Assembly (NCBI GenBank): GCA_036008645.1
Contig: DASYNI010000011.1
Location: 59,107 to 123,106 of the forward strand
Origin: Solirubrobacteraceae bacterium
GTDB taxonomy: Bacteria > Actinomycetota > Thermoleophilia > Solirubrobacterales > Solirubrobacteraceae
DNA: 64,000 bases
Direction of reading: 5' to 3'
The translations under genes and the position numbers were made by a program. Positions 54,040-63,099 of this stretch are shown here, in pieces (the stretch's first letter is position 1; each line of letters opens with the position of its first letter). Below the pieces are notes generated by a model. That model made no database searches. It was not told the origin of the DNA and saw only the letters and a program-made list of their open reading frames with translations.

Positions 54040-54954
54040 TCAGCTTTTGATTTCGAATTTCAGTTCGATCGGATTGGCCGCGTTGCCGTATTCCAGCTTG
54101 TATTCCCCTTTCTTCCCGCCGGCCGCCGAGGTGATTTCGATTTCACATCTTGCGCCGCCAGCGAGAATCTCCCCACATTGTTCGGCGCCTTTGACTTCTT
54201 TGAGGCCGAAGTTACCTCCTTCGTTGACGGCCAGAACCCCAGGAATGTGTTCTGCGGTTTCGTTCAAGAACTGCCTCCTGAGAGCCCCGGGATTTCTGAG
54301 AATCAGATGGCGTGCTTTTTCTCCAGCGCCGAACGTAAACGGTTTGCCCGGGCCGACAAGTTCGCCGGCGCCGGCGGGTTCTCCGGTGACATTGTCGTTA
54401 TTGCCCACCTGAATTTCGCCGCCTTCCAGTTCGGTGAAAGCTGTACCTTTGTAGGTGCCTTCTTTTTCTTTGGCGTAGGCGCAGAAACTGCCTTTGCCTT
54501 CAGATTCAATTTTGGTCACGCTCGGCACGATTTCGATGCCAACGCCACGGTTTTTGTAAGCCACCGACGATACTGTCTGCGCCGGGACGGTGATTTCGCA
54601 GCCCGGGGCTTTTATTTCTATCGTTTTCAGGATTTTGACTTCGCCGTTAGCCATAAATAAATATTCAGCTAACGAGATTGATGCGCTTATGATGCCGAAT
54701 GCGGTACAGTCTTCATATTGGATCGAAGTCGTTTGCGTTTCCGTCGTTGTTTCGGAGACGGTGCCCGTCCCTTTCAGTTTCGTGCAACTGATGCTGCCGG
54801 CTTTTGTTTTAAATACCTGTGTTTCCAGCGCCGTGTCGGTCAGTTTGCCGGTTTTGCTCGCGACGAACTCTTCCGCTCCTGCCGTGCCGGCCAAAACGCC
54901 GCTGAGTGCGAGCGCGGCCGCGGCGACAAGGAAGCCTACGCGTGTTCTCTGCAT
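54040..54954 (-). CDS. secreted 4-Cys family copy P3 with extra C-terminal ASH/choice-of-anchor-D-like domain
   Basis: Signal peptide ending GTAGA. The N-terminal 190 aa is colinear with P1/P2 (ISCTKL, YEDCTAF, AEYLFMANGEV, PGCEIT, SFCAYA). The C-terminal ~110 aa has C-x(8)-C (EQCGEILAGGARCEIEI). Confidence 0.85.
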   Translation of the reverse strand: MQRTRVGFLVAAAALALSGVLAGTAGAEEFVASKTGKLTDTALETQVFKTKAGSISCTKLKGTGTVSETTTETQTTSIQYEDCTAFGIISASISLAEYLFMANGEVKILKTIEIKAPGCEITVPAQTVSSVAYKNRGVGIEIVPSVTKIESEGKGSFCAYAKEKEGTYKGTAFTELEGGEIQVGNNDNVTGEPAGAGELVGPGKPFTFGAGEKARHLILRNPGALRRQFLNETAEHIPGVLAVNEGGNFGLKEVKGAEQCGEILAGGARCEIEITSAAGGKKGEYKLEYGNAANPIELKFEIKS

Positions 54955-55174
54955 ATTGACGCTCCCTGATTGTCCTTGCAGTAAGAAGCGGCTCGGCGAG
55001 GCCATGTGGATTGTGATGCTGCCGTGAACCAGATCTGCGCCGCGCGGGACCCTTACTGACATTGGTACCTTCCCTGAAGGTGCCATGTTGGCAGTTGCGG
55101 ATGAGCTACGCAAGGTATGGTCGACTTGTGTTTCTGATTGCCCATGCGCCTAGCAGGCTGAAGTGCGCGGCTCT

Positions 55175-55198
55175 TGCAAAGGGGGCGCGTCTCACTCG
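55175..55198 (-). promoter_or_regulatory. third copy of the CGAGTGAGA box next to a TTTGCA hexamer (upstream of P3)
   Basis: The minus strand reads CCGAGTGAGACGCGCCCCCTTTGCA, ~200 nt upstream of the P3 ATG. No convincing -10 was found. Confidence 0.3.
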
Positions 55199-55213
55199 GC
55201 CTTTGCAGACCTT

Positions 55214-55243
55214 GCCGGGGAAGCGTCTGGACGCTTCCCCGGC
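55214..55243 (-). terminator. 14-bp perfect hairpin downstream of P4
   Basis: GCCGGGGAAGCGTC-tg-GACGCTTCCCCGGC, ~65 nt past the P4 stop. Confidence 0.55.
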
Positions 55244-55306
55244 ACCGGCCCTCGGGCTATCGCCCTTGCCGCACACCGGGCACCGCCCCCGCCCGCTGAG
55301 CGCTTA

Positions 55307-56211
55307 TCAGACTATGAGCGAGACTTTGTTTTTTGCATTGGCAGGACTGACCGCGGCTTCCCACTTTACGTTTTTTCGCCCGCCACGGTGACTTTGAGCA
55401 CCTTGACCCCGATGTCGCAGCTGGCGCCTACCCCATATAGCTTCGTTCTGCATTTCGGCCACTTTTGTGACTTCGTAGAAGCCCCCGACGGCTCCACCGC
55501 CCAGGCGTATTTCCGCCTCTGGAAGCGTGTTTGGCGTGCCCGCGGCCGTTCTGACATTTTCCACTTCGATCGTGCGTTCTTCCCCGGCTTTGGGCGGACT
55601 TTTCAGCGCGCCGCCAGGATTCCTGATTTCAAAGAGGGCGCCGCCACCACCGCCGCCACCGAATTCGATTTTGCCTTCCGCCAGTTCGACAAATGAATTG
55701 CCCGTATATGTGCCGGATTTTTCTTTGGAATAGCTGCAGGTTGTGCCCGTCCCTTCAGATTCTATGCCGCTCACGTTGGGTTTGATGGCCAGGCCTTCGC
55801 CAGAGTCCGTATAAGTGAGCGTGCCGAGCCCATTCTGGGCAGGCACACTAATCACACAATCAAGCGCTTCTACCGTCAGCGCTTTCTTGAGATCAACCAT
55901 GCCATTACTCATAAATAAATATTCAGCCGGCGAGATTTTGGCGGAAACGAAGCAAACGCGGTGCAGTTTTCGTATGTAACTATCGCCAACTGCGTTTCGG
56001 TAGCCAGTTCTTCGACCTCGCCAGTGACAGACAGTTTTGTGCATTCAATTTTGCCGGCTTTGGTCGTAAATGCCTGCGTGGACGTCGCTTTGCCCGAAAG
56101 CGCCCCGCCATTATTCGCGATGAACTCTTCGGCCGACGCGGTTGCGGCTGCGATGGCGAAAGAAGCCATCACTGCCACCACCGCGAGGCAAGTAAACCTG
56201 ATGCCTCGCAT
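55307..56211 (-). pseudogene. frameshifted copy P4 of the 4-Cys family (with C-terminal domain)
   Basis: The N-terminal part (MRGIRF...IECTKL...YENCTAF) is in the frame of ORF 55909..56463; the remainder (AEYLFMSNG...) is in the frame of ORF 55307..56044. The length of 905 nt is not a multiple of 3. A further compensated frameshift pair lies near 55380-55470. Confidence 0.75.
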
Positions 56212-56401
56212 ATGCCTAAATCTCCTATTTCGTGGTTCACGTGCGAGTGCGCGCTGCGCTCGCCTGTGCCATCGGCCGCCGGTCGAAGCAAGCGTCAAGC
56301 AACTAACTGTTTCTAACACGATGGCACCACCGTCGAGGGCGGATGAGATGCGCGGATCGGAGATGCGACGCCGGGCTGATCCTGGGCGGATCAGCTGTAG
56401 C

Positions 56402-57088
56402 TCAGTGCTGCGTGCTGCGCTGAGCTCCGTACCTGTCCACCGGGGAGGTACGAAACACCTCATCCCAGTAGGGCGCGCTGATCCCGAAGCCCTTGGTGTC
56501 GTCCTGGAAGTGATGCCTCATGTGGCGCTCGCGCAGCGCCTTGCCGAGGCGGCTGTTCGGCACCGCGTGGTGCAGTGCGTAGTGGAGCATGTCGTAGACG
56601 AGATAGCCCCCGAAGAACCCGGCAGCAAGCCCGGGCGCATAGGAGTCCCCGAGCACCAGCCACATGACGCCGAAGACAATCGCCGCAAGCGGCACGCTGA
56701 CGGCAGGCGGCATGACCAGCCGAAGCGGGTCGTTGGGGTGGTCGTGGTGGACGCCGTGGATGATCCAGTGCAGGCGTGCGCCGATCCCGTCCTGCGGCTC
56801 GAAGTGGAAGACGAGGCGGTGCAGCCAGTACTCGAACAGCGTCCAGAGCATGTAGCCGCCGGCGAAGAGGCCGATGCTGAGCAGCACGGAGACCGTCGAG
56901 AGGCCCCAGATCTCCATCGCGACGATCGCCGGCACGAAGATGAGCACCGGAACCGACGGATGGACGCGCGAGAAGAAGTCGAGCAGCCTGGAATCGAACA
57001 TCGGCGGGGAGGCCTTCAGGACGTCGGTCCTGCGCTGGCCCTGAGCAACCCCCGGTTCCGGACGCTCGCCGATCTGTCCGCTTGCCAT
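56402..57088 (-). CDS. fatty acid hydroxylase/sterol desaturase superfamily membrane protein
   Basis: Histidine boxes HRLVFH, HGVHH, HYALHH and HMRHH, plus TM helices. Confidence 0.8.
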   Translation of the reverse strand: MASGQIGERPEPGVAQGQRRTDVLKASPPMFDSRLLDFFSRVHPSVPVLIFVPAIVAMEIWGLSTVSVLLSIGLFAGGYMLWTLFEYWLHRLVFHFEPQDGIGARLHWIIHGVHHDHPNDPLRLVMPPAVSVPLAAIVFGVMWLVLGDSYAPGLAAGFFGGYLVYDMLHYALHHAVPNSRLGKALRERHMRHHFQDDTKGFGISAPYWDEVFRTSPVDRYGAQRSTQH

Positions 57089-57170
57089 GGCGCGAGTTTA
57101 GCGACGTCGAGCCGGCTCTCGCCTGCCGGGTGTCGGTGCCCCGAGGGGCAGACTCTGCGCAGCGCTGCAG

Positions 57171-57551
57171 CTAAGCCGCAGCAGCCGGCTCCGGCTCCGC
57201 CGGCGCGTGTCGCACCGCCCGCGTGTCCGGATTCGGCGGCGCCTCGGGCGTGCCGGGCGCAAGCTTGCTGATCATGAAGCGCAGCACCTCGTCGGATAGG
57301 TGCAGCGAGCGGTCCAGCGACTCGAGCACGCTCTTGTCGCTGACGTGGAACTGGAAGAGGTGGTACTCCGCCTCGGTGCGGTGAGCAATCGGGTAGGTCA
57401 GAGCGCGCAGGCCCCACTGATCCTGGCGCAGCAGCTCTCCGTGCGCCTCGATGGCCGCCTTCGCATCGGCCAGCACCTTGGCCCGCGCCGGCTCATCGGC
57501 CTGCGGGTCCAGCAGTACGACGAGGTCATATGTGATCGGCGCCTTGCTCAT
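57171..57551 (-). CDS. rpsF: 30S ribosomal protein S6
   Basis: YDLVVLLDP...WGLRALTYPIAHRTEAEYHLFQF. Confidence 0.9.
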   Translation of the reverse strand: MSKAPITYDLVVLLDPQADEPARAKVLADAKAAIEAHGELLRQDQWGLRALTYPIAHRTEAEYHLFQFHVSDKSVLESLDRSLHLSDEVLRFMISKLAPGTPEAPPNPDTRAVRHAPAEPEPAAAA

Positions 57552-57575
57552 AAGCGGCCGCCGATGATACCAGCG

Positions 57576-59072
57576 CTACCCTGCCGACCGCTTAGCGGCG
57601 ATGTCGGCCAGCTGCGTCTCGATCCAGTCGCCGGGGTCACGGGAAGTCACGGTCTCGCGCAGACCGGCCGCGCGGGCGCTGCGCTGCGCCGCCGGCATCG
57701 AGAGCGCGGCGTGGATGCAGTTGGCGAGCTCCTGGATGTCGAAGGGGTTGACCGAGAGGGCGTGCTCGGCCAGCTCCTCGTGGGCGCCGGTGTTCTCGGA
57801 GAGGATGCAGACGCCGTCGCGGGTGTTGACGATCGGGCCCTCCTTGGCGACGAGGTTCATGCCGTCGAACATCGCGTTGACCAGCAGCACGTCGTAGTGG
57901 CGGTAGGCGGCCATCGCCTCGTCGATGTCGTCGCGCAGCTTGAGCTGGATCGGCATCCAGTCGGGGGTTCCGTGGCGGTGGTTGACGACTGCGACCAGCG
58001 CCTCGATCCGCTCCAGGTACTCCTGATACTGGGGGACGTCGGTACGCGAGGGCATCATCTGCGCCATGAAGGTCACCCGCTCGCTGAACTCCGGGTGCTG
58101 CTCCAGGAACAGGTCGAAGGCGGAGAAGCCGCGCAGCACGTTCTTTGAGAGGTCGGCACGGTCCACGCGCAGGATTAGGAAGTCCCTGCGCCGGCGCAGA
58201 ATCTCGCGCTCGAAGGCGGCCACGCGCGGCCCATGCGCGATCTGCAGAGTGGCCTTGTGATCGATCGGCAGCGGGTAGGCGCGCACCCACACCTCCCGGT
58301 CGCCAAAGACCACGAGGCCTCGCTCGAAGTCGACCTCCAGGTCCATCAGGTCGCGGCAGCACTGCAGGAAGTTGCGGCGGTAGGAGCGGGTGTGGAAGCC
58401 CACGATGTCGTTGCAGAGGATGCCCGCGTAGATCTCCTCCCTGATCCTTGCCGGCAGCACGCGCCAGGCGTCGGGCTGGGTCCAGGGGATGTGGATGAAG
58501 TGGTGCAGGAAGGCGTCGGGGCGGGCGCTTCGCACCATGCGCGGCAGCGTGTAGAGGTGGTAGTCGTGGATCATCACGACCGGGCTCTCCTTGCCCTCGA
58601 TCTCCTCGATGACCGCGCCAGCGAGGTCTTCGTTGACGGCGTTGTAGCCGAACTCAAACGCCTCGATCTCCTCGCGCCTGATGTCAGGCGCGTTTGAGAG
58701 ATCCCAAAGGTAATGCTGGATGAACCACAGCATCGGGTTGGCAAAGACGTTGTAGAAGCGGTCGTATGCCTGCGGGTCGGATGCCACCAGGCGCACCTCG
58801 TACTCGCCGCCGGCGGGGGAGCGCACCGGGAAGGCGCGCCCGCCGTGGGAGCGGGAGACCGCGACGTCGTGCTCATTCATCGCCGAGGCGATCCAGATCG
58901 CCTCGCGGTGGGAGGCGAGGCCGGTCAGCGCTGTCACGAGGCCGCCGCTGCCGCGCCGCACCTCGCCGTTCTCGTGGAAGGTGACGGGCCCGCGGTTTGA
59001 GACCAGCACGAGCGGCGAGGCAGGCCGTTGTGGCAGTGGCGCCGCCAGGTCTTCTGCGGTGCCGGGCGCCAT
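57576..59072 (-). CDS. otsA: alpha,alpha-trehalose-phosphate synthase (GT20)
   Basis: LVSNRGPV...GSGGLVTAL, WIHDYHL-like IHDYHLYTLP, and a GT20-length 498 aa. Confidence 0.85.
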   Translation of the reverse strand: MAPGTAEDLAAPLPQRPASPLVLVSNRGPVTFHENGEVRRGSGGLVTALTGLASHREAIWIASAMNEHDVAVSRSHGGRAFPVRSPAGGEYEVRLVASDPQAYDRFYNVFANPMLWFIQHYLWDLSNAPDIRREEIEAFEFGYNAVNEDLAGAVIEEIEGKESPVVMIHDYHLYTLPRMVRSARPDAFLHHFIHIPWTQPDAWRVLPARIREEIYAGILCNDIVGFHTRSYRRNFLQCCRDLMDLEVDFERGLVVFGDREVWVRAYPLPIDHKATLQIAHGPRVAAFEREILRRRRDFLILRVDRADLSKNVLRGFSAFDLFLEQHPEFSERVTFMAQMMPSRTDVPQYQEYLERIEALVAVVNHRHGTPDWMPIQLKLRDDIDEAMAAYRHYDVLLVNAMFDGMNLVAKEGPIVNTRDGVCILSENTGAHEELAEHALSVNPFDIQELANCIHAALSMPAAQRSARAAGLRETVTSRDPGDWIETQLADIAAKRSAG

Positions 59073-59079
59073 CTTCGCT

Positions 59080-60354
59080 TCAGCTCTCCAGCAGGAGTTC
59101 GCCGAAGATTCTCAGGTAGTCGCGCAGGTAGCGCGGCGTGAGAAAGTGAGCCCGCACGTGCTCCTTGCCGCGGCGGCCGAGCGACTTGCCGAGGGCTGGG
59201 TCGGCGAGGATCTCCAGGGAGCGCTGTGCACACTGCTCGGCGCTGGTGACCAGGAATCCGGTGATGCCGTCTTCGATCTGCAGCGGGATGCCGCCGACAT
59301 CTCCGCCGATGAACGGGCGGGCCTTCCAGATCGCCTCCGAGACGGTCAGGCCGAAGCCCTCGCGGGTGGACTTCTGGATCAGCACGTCGGCGTGGGACTG
59401 GAAGGCGTTGACCTCGATCGCGCCGACATTGTTGAAGTTGTTGAGGATGTGCACGTCGGGGTCGCCGTCGGCATGCGCGATCGTGGAGTTGAAGTAGTCC
59501 CAGCCCTCGGGGTCGTCGGAGGCCATCGAGCCCACGAGCGCGAGCTGCACCTCCGGGATCCGCTCCTTGACCAGGCGGTAGGCGTCGATCACCCCGAGCG
59601 GATCCTTCCAGGGATCAAAGCGCGAGACCTGGCAGAGCAGCGGCCGATCGACGTCGATCCCGAACTGATCGCAGACGTAGGTGGCGTCCTCAGGGGAGAG
59701 CGCCATGTTCTTGGGCATGAGCGGATCGATCGCGGGCGGCACGACGTTTACGTGGCCGTTCATGCCGGCGGGCACGTAGCTCGGCATGTGGAAGATCGAC
59801 TGGGGGTAGTCGCGAATGTAGGGAAGCAGGCGCTCGATCGTCTGGGGGTTTGGAGTGGAGATGTCAATGTGGCAGCGCCACAGCCACCCCTGCGCCTTCT
59901 CCGGCACCAGCGAGTAGAGCGCGGCGGGCTGCGGGTCGTGCACCAGGCAGACGTCCCAGCCGCCGGAGAGCTCGCGCGCGTTCATCTCGTTGTAGCGCCG
60001 CCAGGTATCCCACTGCTCCTCGTCGAGGTCCTGCGGCGCGCCCTGCAGCGCGTTATGCATCAGCTTGGTGGCGTTGAAGAACTCCTCGCGGCCGTAGATC
60101 ACCTGCCACTCGCAGTCAAGGCCGGCGTCGCGCATCAGCGGCACCAGCGTGTAGAGGATCTCCGAGACGCCGCCGCCAAACGCCGTGGCGGAGACGTGCA
60201 CCACGCGCCTGCCCTTCAGCGGCTCCGCCAGCTCCCTGATCTCATCGATCAGCCCGCGGCCGCAGATGTGCGTGTAATCGGATAGCTGCTTGTGGCCTAC
60301 GGCGACGGGCTGGAGCACCGCGGGCACGATAGCCGATGCGGCCCGCCGCACCAT
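59080..60354 (-). CDS. treT: trehalose glycosyltransferring synthase-like GT4 enzyme
   Basis: Colinear with my recollection of archaeal/bacterial TreT: HVSATAFGGGVSEIL, FFNATKLMHNALQG, VHDPQPAAL, WRCHIDISTPN, QVSRFDPWKD, DDPEGW, REGFGLTVSEA. Confidence 0.75.
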   Translation of the reverse strand: MVRRAASAIVPAVLQPVAVGHKQLSDYTHICGRGLIDEIRELAEPLKGRRVVHVSATAFGGGVSEILYTLVPLMRDAGLDCEWQVIYGREEFFNATKLMHNALQGAPQDLDEEQWDTWRRYNEMNARELSGGWDVCLVHDPQPAALYSLVPEKAQGWLWRCHIDISTPNPQTIERLLPYIRDYPQSIFHMPSYVPAGMNGHVNVVPPAIDPLMPKNMALSPEDATYVCDQFGIDVDRPLLCQVSRFDPWKDPLGVIDAYRLVKERIPEVQLALVGSMASDDPEGWDYFNSTIAHADGDPDVHILNNFNNVGAIEVNAFQSHADVLIQKSTREGFGLTVSEAIWKARPFIGGDVGGIPLQIEDGITGFLVTSAEQCAQRSLEILADPALGKSLGRRGKEHVRAHFLTPRYLRDYLRIFGELLLES

Positions 60355-60376
60355 CGGTCATTATCGTCCGGTGTCC

Positions 60377-62221
60377 ATGGCAGCAGCAAAGCCCATGGAG
60401 GAGAGGCCTGGCGGCCGCTCGCGGCCGCCACAGTCGTCGCTGAACTGGCGCATCTACCGTCTTTGCCTGGCGCCGGTGATCGCGGCGGTGCTGATCGCGT
60501 CCTTCTCGCTTGGTAGCGCCGCACCGCCGCTGAGCTCCAACGCAGTCACCGAAGCCTTTGAAGGCGCTCGCGCGTACTCCGAGCTCTCACATATGGCGCA
60601 GATCGCGCCGAATAGGCGCCCGGGTAGCGCCGGGGATGCGCGCTTGCTGGCCTATCTGCGCTCGCGGCTGGCTTCGCTGGGCTCTTCGGCCAGCGGGGGC
60701 TACGCGGTCAGCATGGTGCGCAGCAGTGGGCAGACGACCTGGGGGTCGATGCCCCAGACGCTGCTGATCGGCCACCGTTCGGGCACCGGTACGCAGGCGC
60801 CGATCGCGCTGATTGCCTCGCGCGACTCGGCGGCGCGCGGAGCCAGGGCGCAGCTTTCGGGCACCGCCGCGCTGCTGGAAGTCGCCTCGGTGCTGGCGCA
60901 GGGGGAGACAAGGCACCCGCTGTACGTGATCTTCGCCGATGGCGGCAGCAACGGCGACGCGGCGATCGTGAGCTGGCTGCAGACCGCGCTCGGCGGGCGC
61001 CTGGATGCCGCGCTCGCGCTCGGCGACCTCGGTGGAAGGAGCCTCGTCAAGCCGCTGGTGCAGCCGTTCTCAGCCGGCTTTGGCCTGGCTCCCGAAGTCC
61101 TCACCGACACGGTCTCCACGGCGCTCTCGGGGACGATGGGCATGAGTGCCGGCGCCCCCAGCGTCGCCTCGCAGCTGGCGCACCTGGCATTCCCGATCAG
61201 CATCGGGGAACAAGGGCCGCTGAACGGGATCGGGATTCCTGCGGTGGGCGTGAGCCTGGCCGGCGAACGGGGCCCGCGGGCCGGCGAAGGCATCAGTGAG
61301 CGCCATCTGCAGGCGGCCGGCCGGGGCGTGCTGAGCGCCTTCTATGCGATCGACCACAGCGGCGAAGTGAGCACTGCTCGCAGCACCGGCCTACGCATCG
61401 AAGGGCGCGTGCTCCCCGAGTGGGCGGCGGCGCTGATTGCGTTCACGCTGATCCTGGGGCCGGCGCTCATTGCTGGAGATGCGCTGGTGCGGCGGGCACG
61501 CGGGCGGCGCCGGCGGGTTCGGCGCTGGCTGGTTGCGCCGCTGCTGTGCGCGTGGCCGTTCGCGCTCTGCGCTGCGGCCCTGAAGCTGCTCTCGATCGCT
61601 GGCCTGCTGCACAGCCCGCCCAACCCGGTCGGCGCCTCTGCGCTGAGCTTCGACGCGGGGGCGGTCGTGGCGCTGATCTTTGCGCTCGCGGTGCTTGCTG
61701 GATCCTGGTGGGGCTGGCACAGGCTCAGCGGCGCCGGCGGCCCGCGCAAGGTGCCGGCCTCAGGCGTCGCGGGCGTGGCGGCGCTCTGCGCCGGCTGCCT
61801 GCTCGCGCTGCTTGTGTGGCTGATCGATCCCTACGCGGCGCTGCTGCTGATCCCGGCGCTCCATCTCTGGCTGATCGCGATCTCGTCGGAGCTTGCGCCG
61901 AAGCAGCGCCCCGCAAAGCTGGCATTGCTGCTGGTTCCGGCGCTGCTCCCGCTGGCGCTGCTGCTGGCCTTCTATTCCCTCTTGCTTGGCCTCGGACCCG
62001 CGCAGATGCTGCTGGAGGGGATGGTGATGGTCGGCGGGGGCTATGTGAACATCGGCGGCCTGCTGCTGTGGAGCCTCGCGTTCGGGCTGCTGGTGGCGAT
62101 GGGGATCGCGACGCTTGGCACCACCAGCTCGGCGCCGCGCGTGCACCCGCCGCCCGAGGACCGCATGCCCGTGCTCTACAGCAGCAGGGTGCCCGCCGGC
62201 CGCGAAAGCGTGCTGAGATAG
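60377..62221 (+). CDS. polytopic membrane protein with M28-peptidase-like extracytoplasmic domain
   Basis: NRRPGSAGDARLLAYLRSRL is typical of the M28/PA-domain peptidase N-terminal region. The C-terminal half has ~8 TM helices. Confidence 0.55.
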   Translation: MAAAKPMEERPGGRSRPPQSSLNWRIYRLCLAPVIAAVLIASFSLGSAAPPLSSNAVTEAFEGARAYSELSHMAQIAPNRRPGSAGDARLLAYLRSRLASLGSSASGGYAVSMVRSSGQTTWGSMPQTLLIGHRSGTGTQAPIALIASRDSAARGARAQLSGTAALLEVASVLAQGETRHPLYVIFADGGSNGDAAIVSWLQTALGGRLDAALALGDLGGRSLVKPLVQPFSAGFGLAPEVLTDTVSTALSGTMGMSAGAPSVASQLAHLAFPISIGEQGPLNGIGIPAVGVSLAGERGPRAGEGISERHLQAAGRGVLSAFYAIDHSGEVSTARSTGLRIEGRVLPEWAAALIAFTLILGPALIAGDALVRRARGRRRRVRRWLVAPLLCAWPFALCAAALKLLSIAGLLHSPPNPVGASALSFDAGAVVALIFALAVLAGSWWGWHRLSGAGGPRKVPASGVAGVAALCAGCLLALLVWLIDPYAALLLIPALHLWLIAISSELAPKQRPAKLALLLVPALLPLALLLAFYSLLLGLGPAQMLLEGMVMVGGGYVNIGGLLLWSLAFGLLVAMGIATLGTTSSAPRVHPPPEDRMPVLYSSRVPAGRESVLR

Positions 62222-62250
62222 GTGGCAGGGTGTCGGAGATCCTGTTCACT

Positions 62251-63099
62251 ATGCGCAAACCCAGGCGCCGTCGCCTGCGGTTTGCGCGCGCACTTTCATG
62301 GCTGCTGATCTTCTTCGGCGTGCTCGCGCTCGCGGACGCCGCCGTCACCCTGGCCTGGCGTGAGCCGATCACCGCGCTGATCGCCTCGATCCGCCAGGAA
62401 GGCACAGAACACCAGCTGGCGGTGGTCGAACACGAGGCGCCCTCGCAGCGCGAAAGCGAAGTGCTGCAGAGCTTGCAGGCTGAGCGCCGCCGCGTGCGCT
62501 TCCTGGCGCAGCGCCTGGAAGCTCGTGCCACCGACGGCAGCGCGGTGGGCAGGATCACGATCCCCCACATCCACATCTCCTACGCGATGGTCAAGGGCAG
62601 CGGCGAGGCCGAACTGGAGCTCGGCCCTGGCGTCTACTCCAAGGCGGATTTCCCGACCACCTCATTTCCGGGGGTGGGCAACACGACAGCGATCGCGGGA
62701 CACAGGACGACTTGGCTTGCGCCGTTTAGGCGCATCAACGAACTGCATCGCGGAGACAGGATCTTCGTGACGATGCCTTACGGCCGCTTCACCTACATCG
62801 TCACCCACGATCGGATCGTGCCCGAAGCCGACGTGGAAGCGGTGGTCGCGCCCAGCCGCACTCCGCACGTCGTGCTCTCGGCCTGCTACCCGCTCTTTAG
62901 CGCCGAAAAGCGGATCCTCGTCTTCGCGCGCCTGGCGAGCATCCAGCCGCGCGGGGCCGCGGTGATCCACGAACACAGCCACACCGGCGCGTTCGCAAAG
63001 ACGCTCACCCCGAGCGAGCTGGCCGCTGGTCAGAGCGAATCGGAAATCACCAGCGGTGCTCGAAGCCGCTCATCTGCACGGGCCCTGCCTCGCTCCTGA
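62251..63099 (+). CDS. sortase (class E-like)
   Basis: N-terminal TM. IPHIHISYAMVKG, AGHRTT (catalytic His), VLSACYP (TLxTC-like Cys) and FARL (Arg). An alternative GTG start is at 62230. Confidence 0.8.
   Translation: MRKPRRRRLRFARALSWLLIFFGVLALADAAVTLAWREPITALIASIRQEGTEHQLAVVEHEAPSQRESEVLQSLQAERRRVRFLAQRLEARATDGSAVGRITIPHIHISYAMVKGSGEAELELGPGVYSKADFPTTSFPGVGNTTAIAGHRTTWLAPFRRINELHRGDRIFVTMPYGRFTYIVTHDRIVPEADVEAVVAPSRTPHVVLSACYPLFSAEKRILVFARLASIQPRGAAVIHEHSHTGAFAKTLTPSELAAGQSESEITSGARSRSSARALPRS

Noticed and set aside
55961-57271. A 436-aa plus-strand ORF spanning P4, the intergenic region and the hydroxylase gene.
   Set aside because: It crosses two well-supported minus-strand genes and an intergenic region, and its composition is typical of shadow frames.
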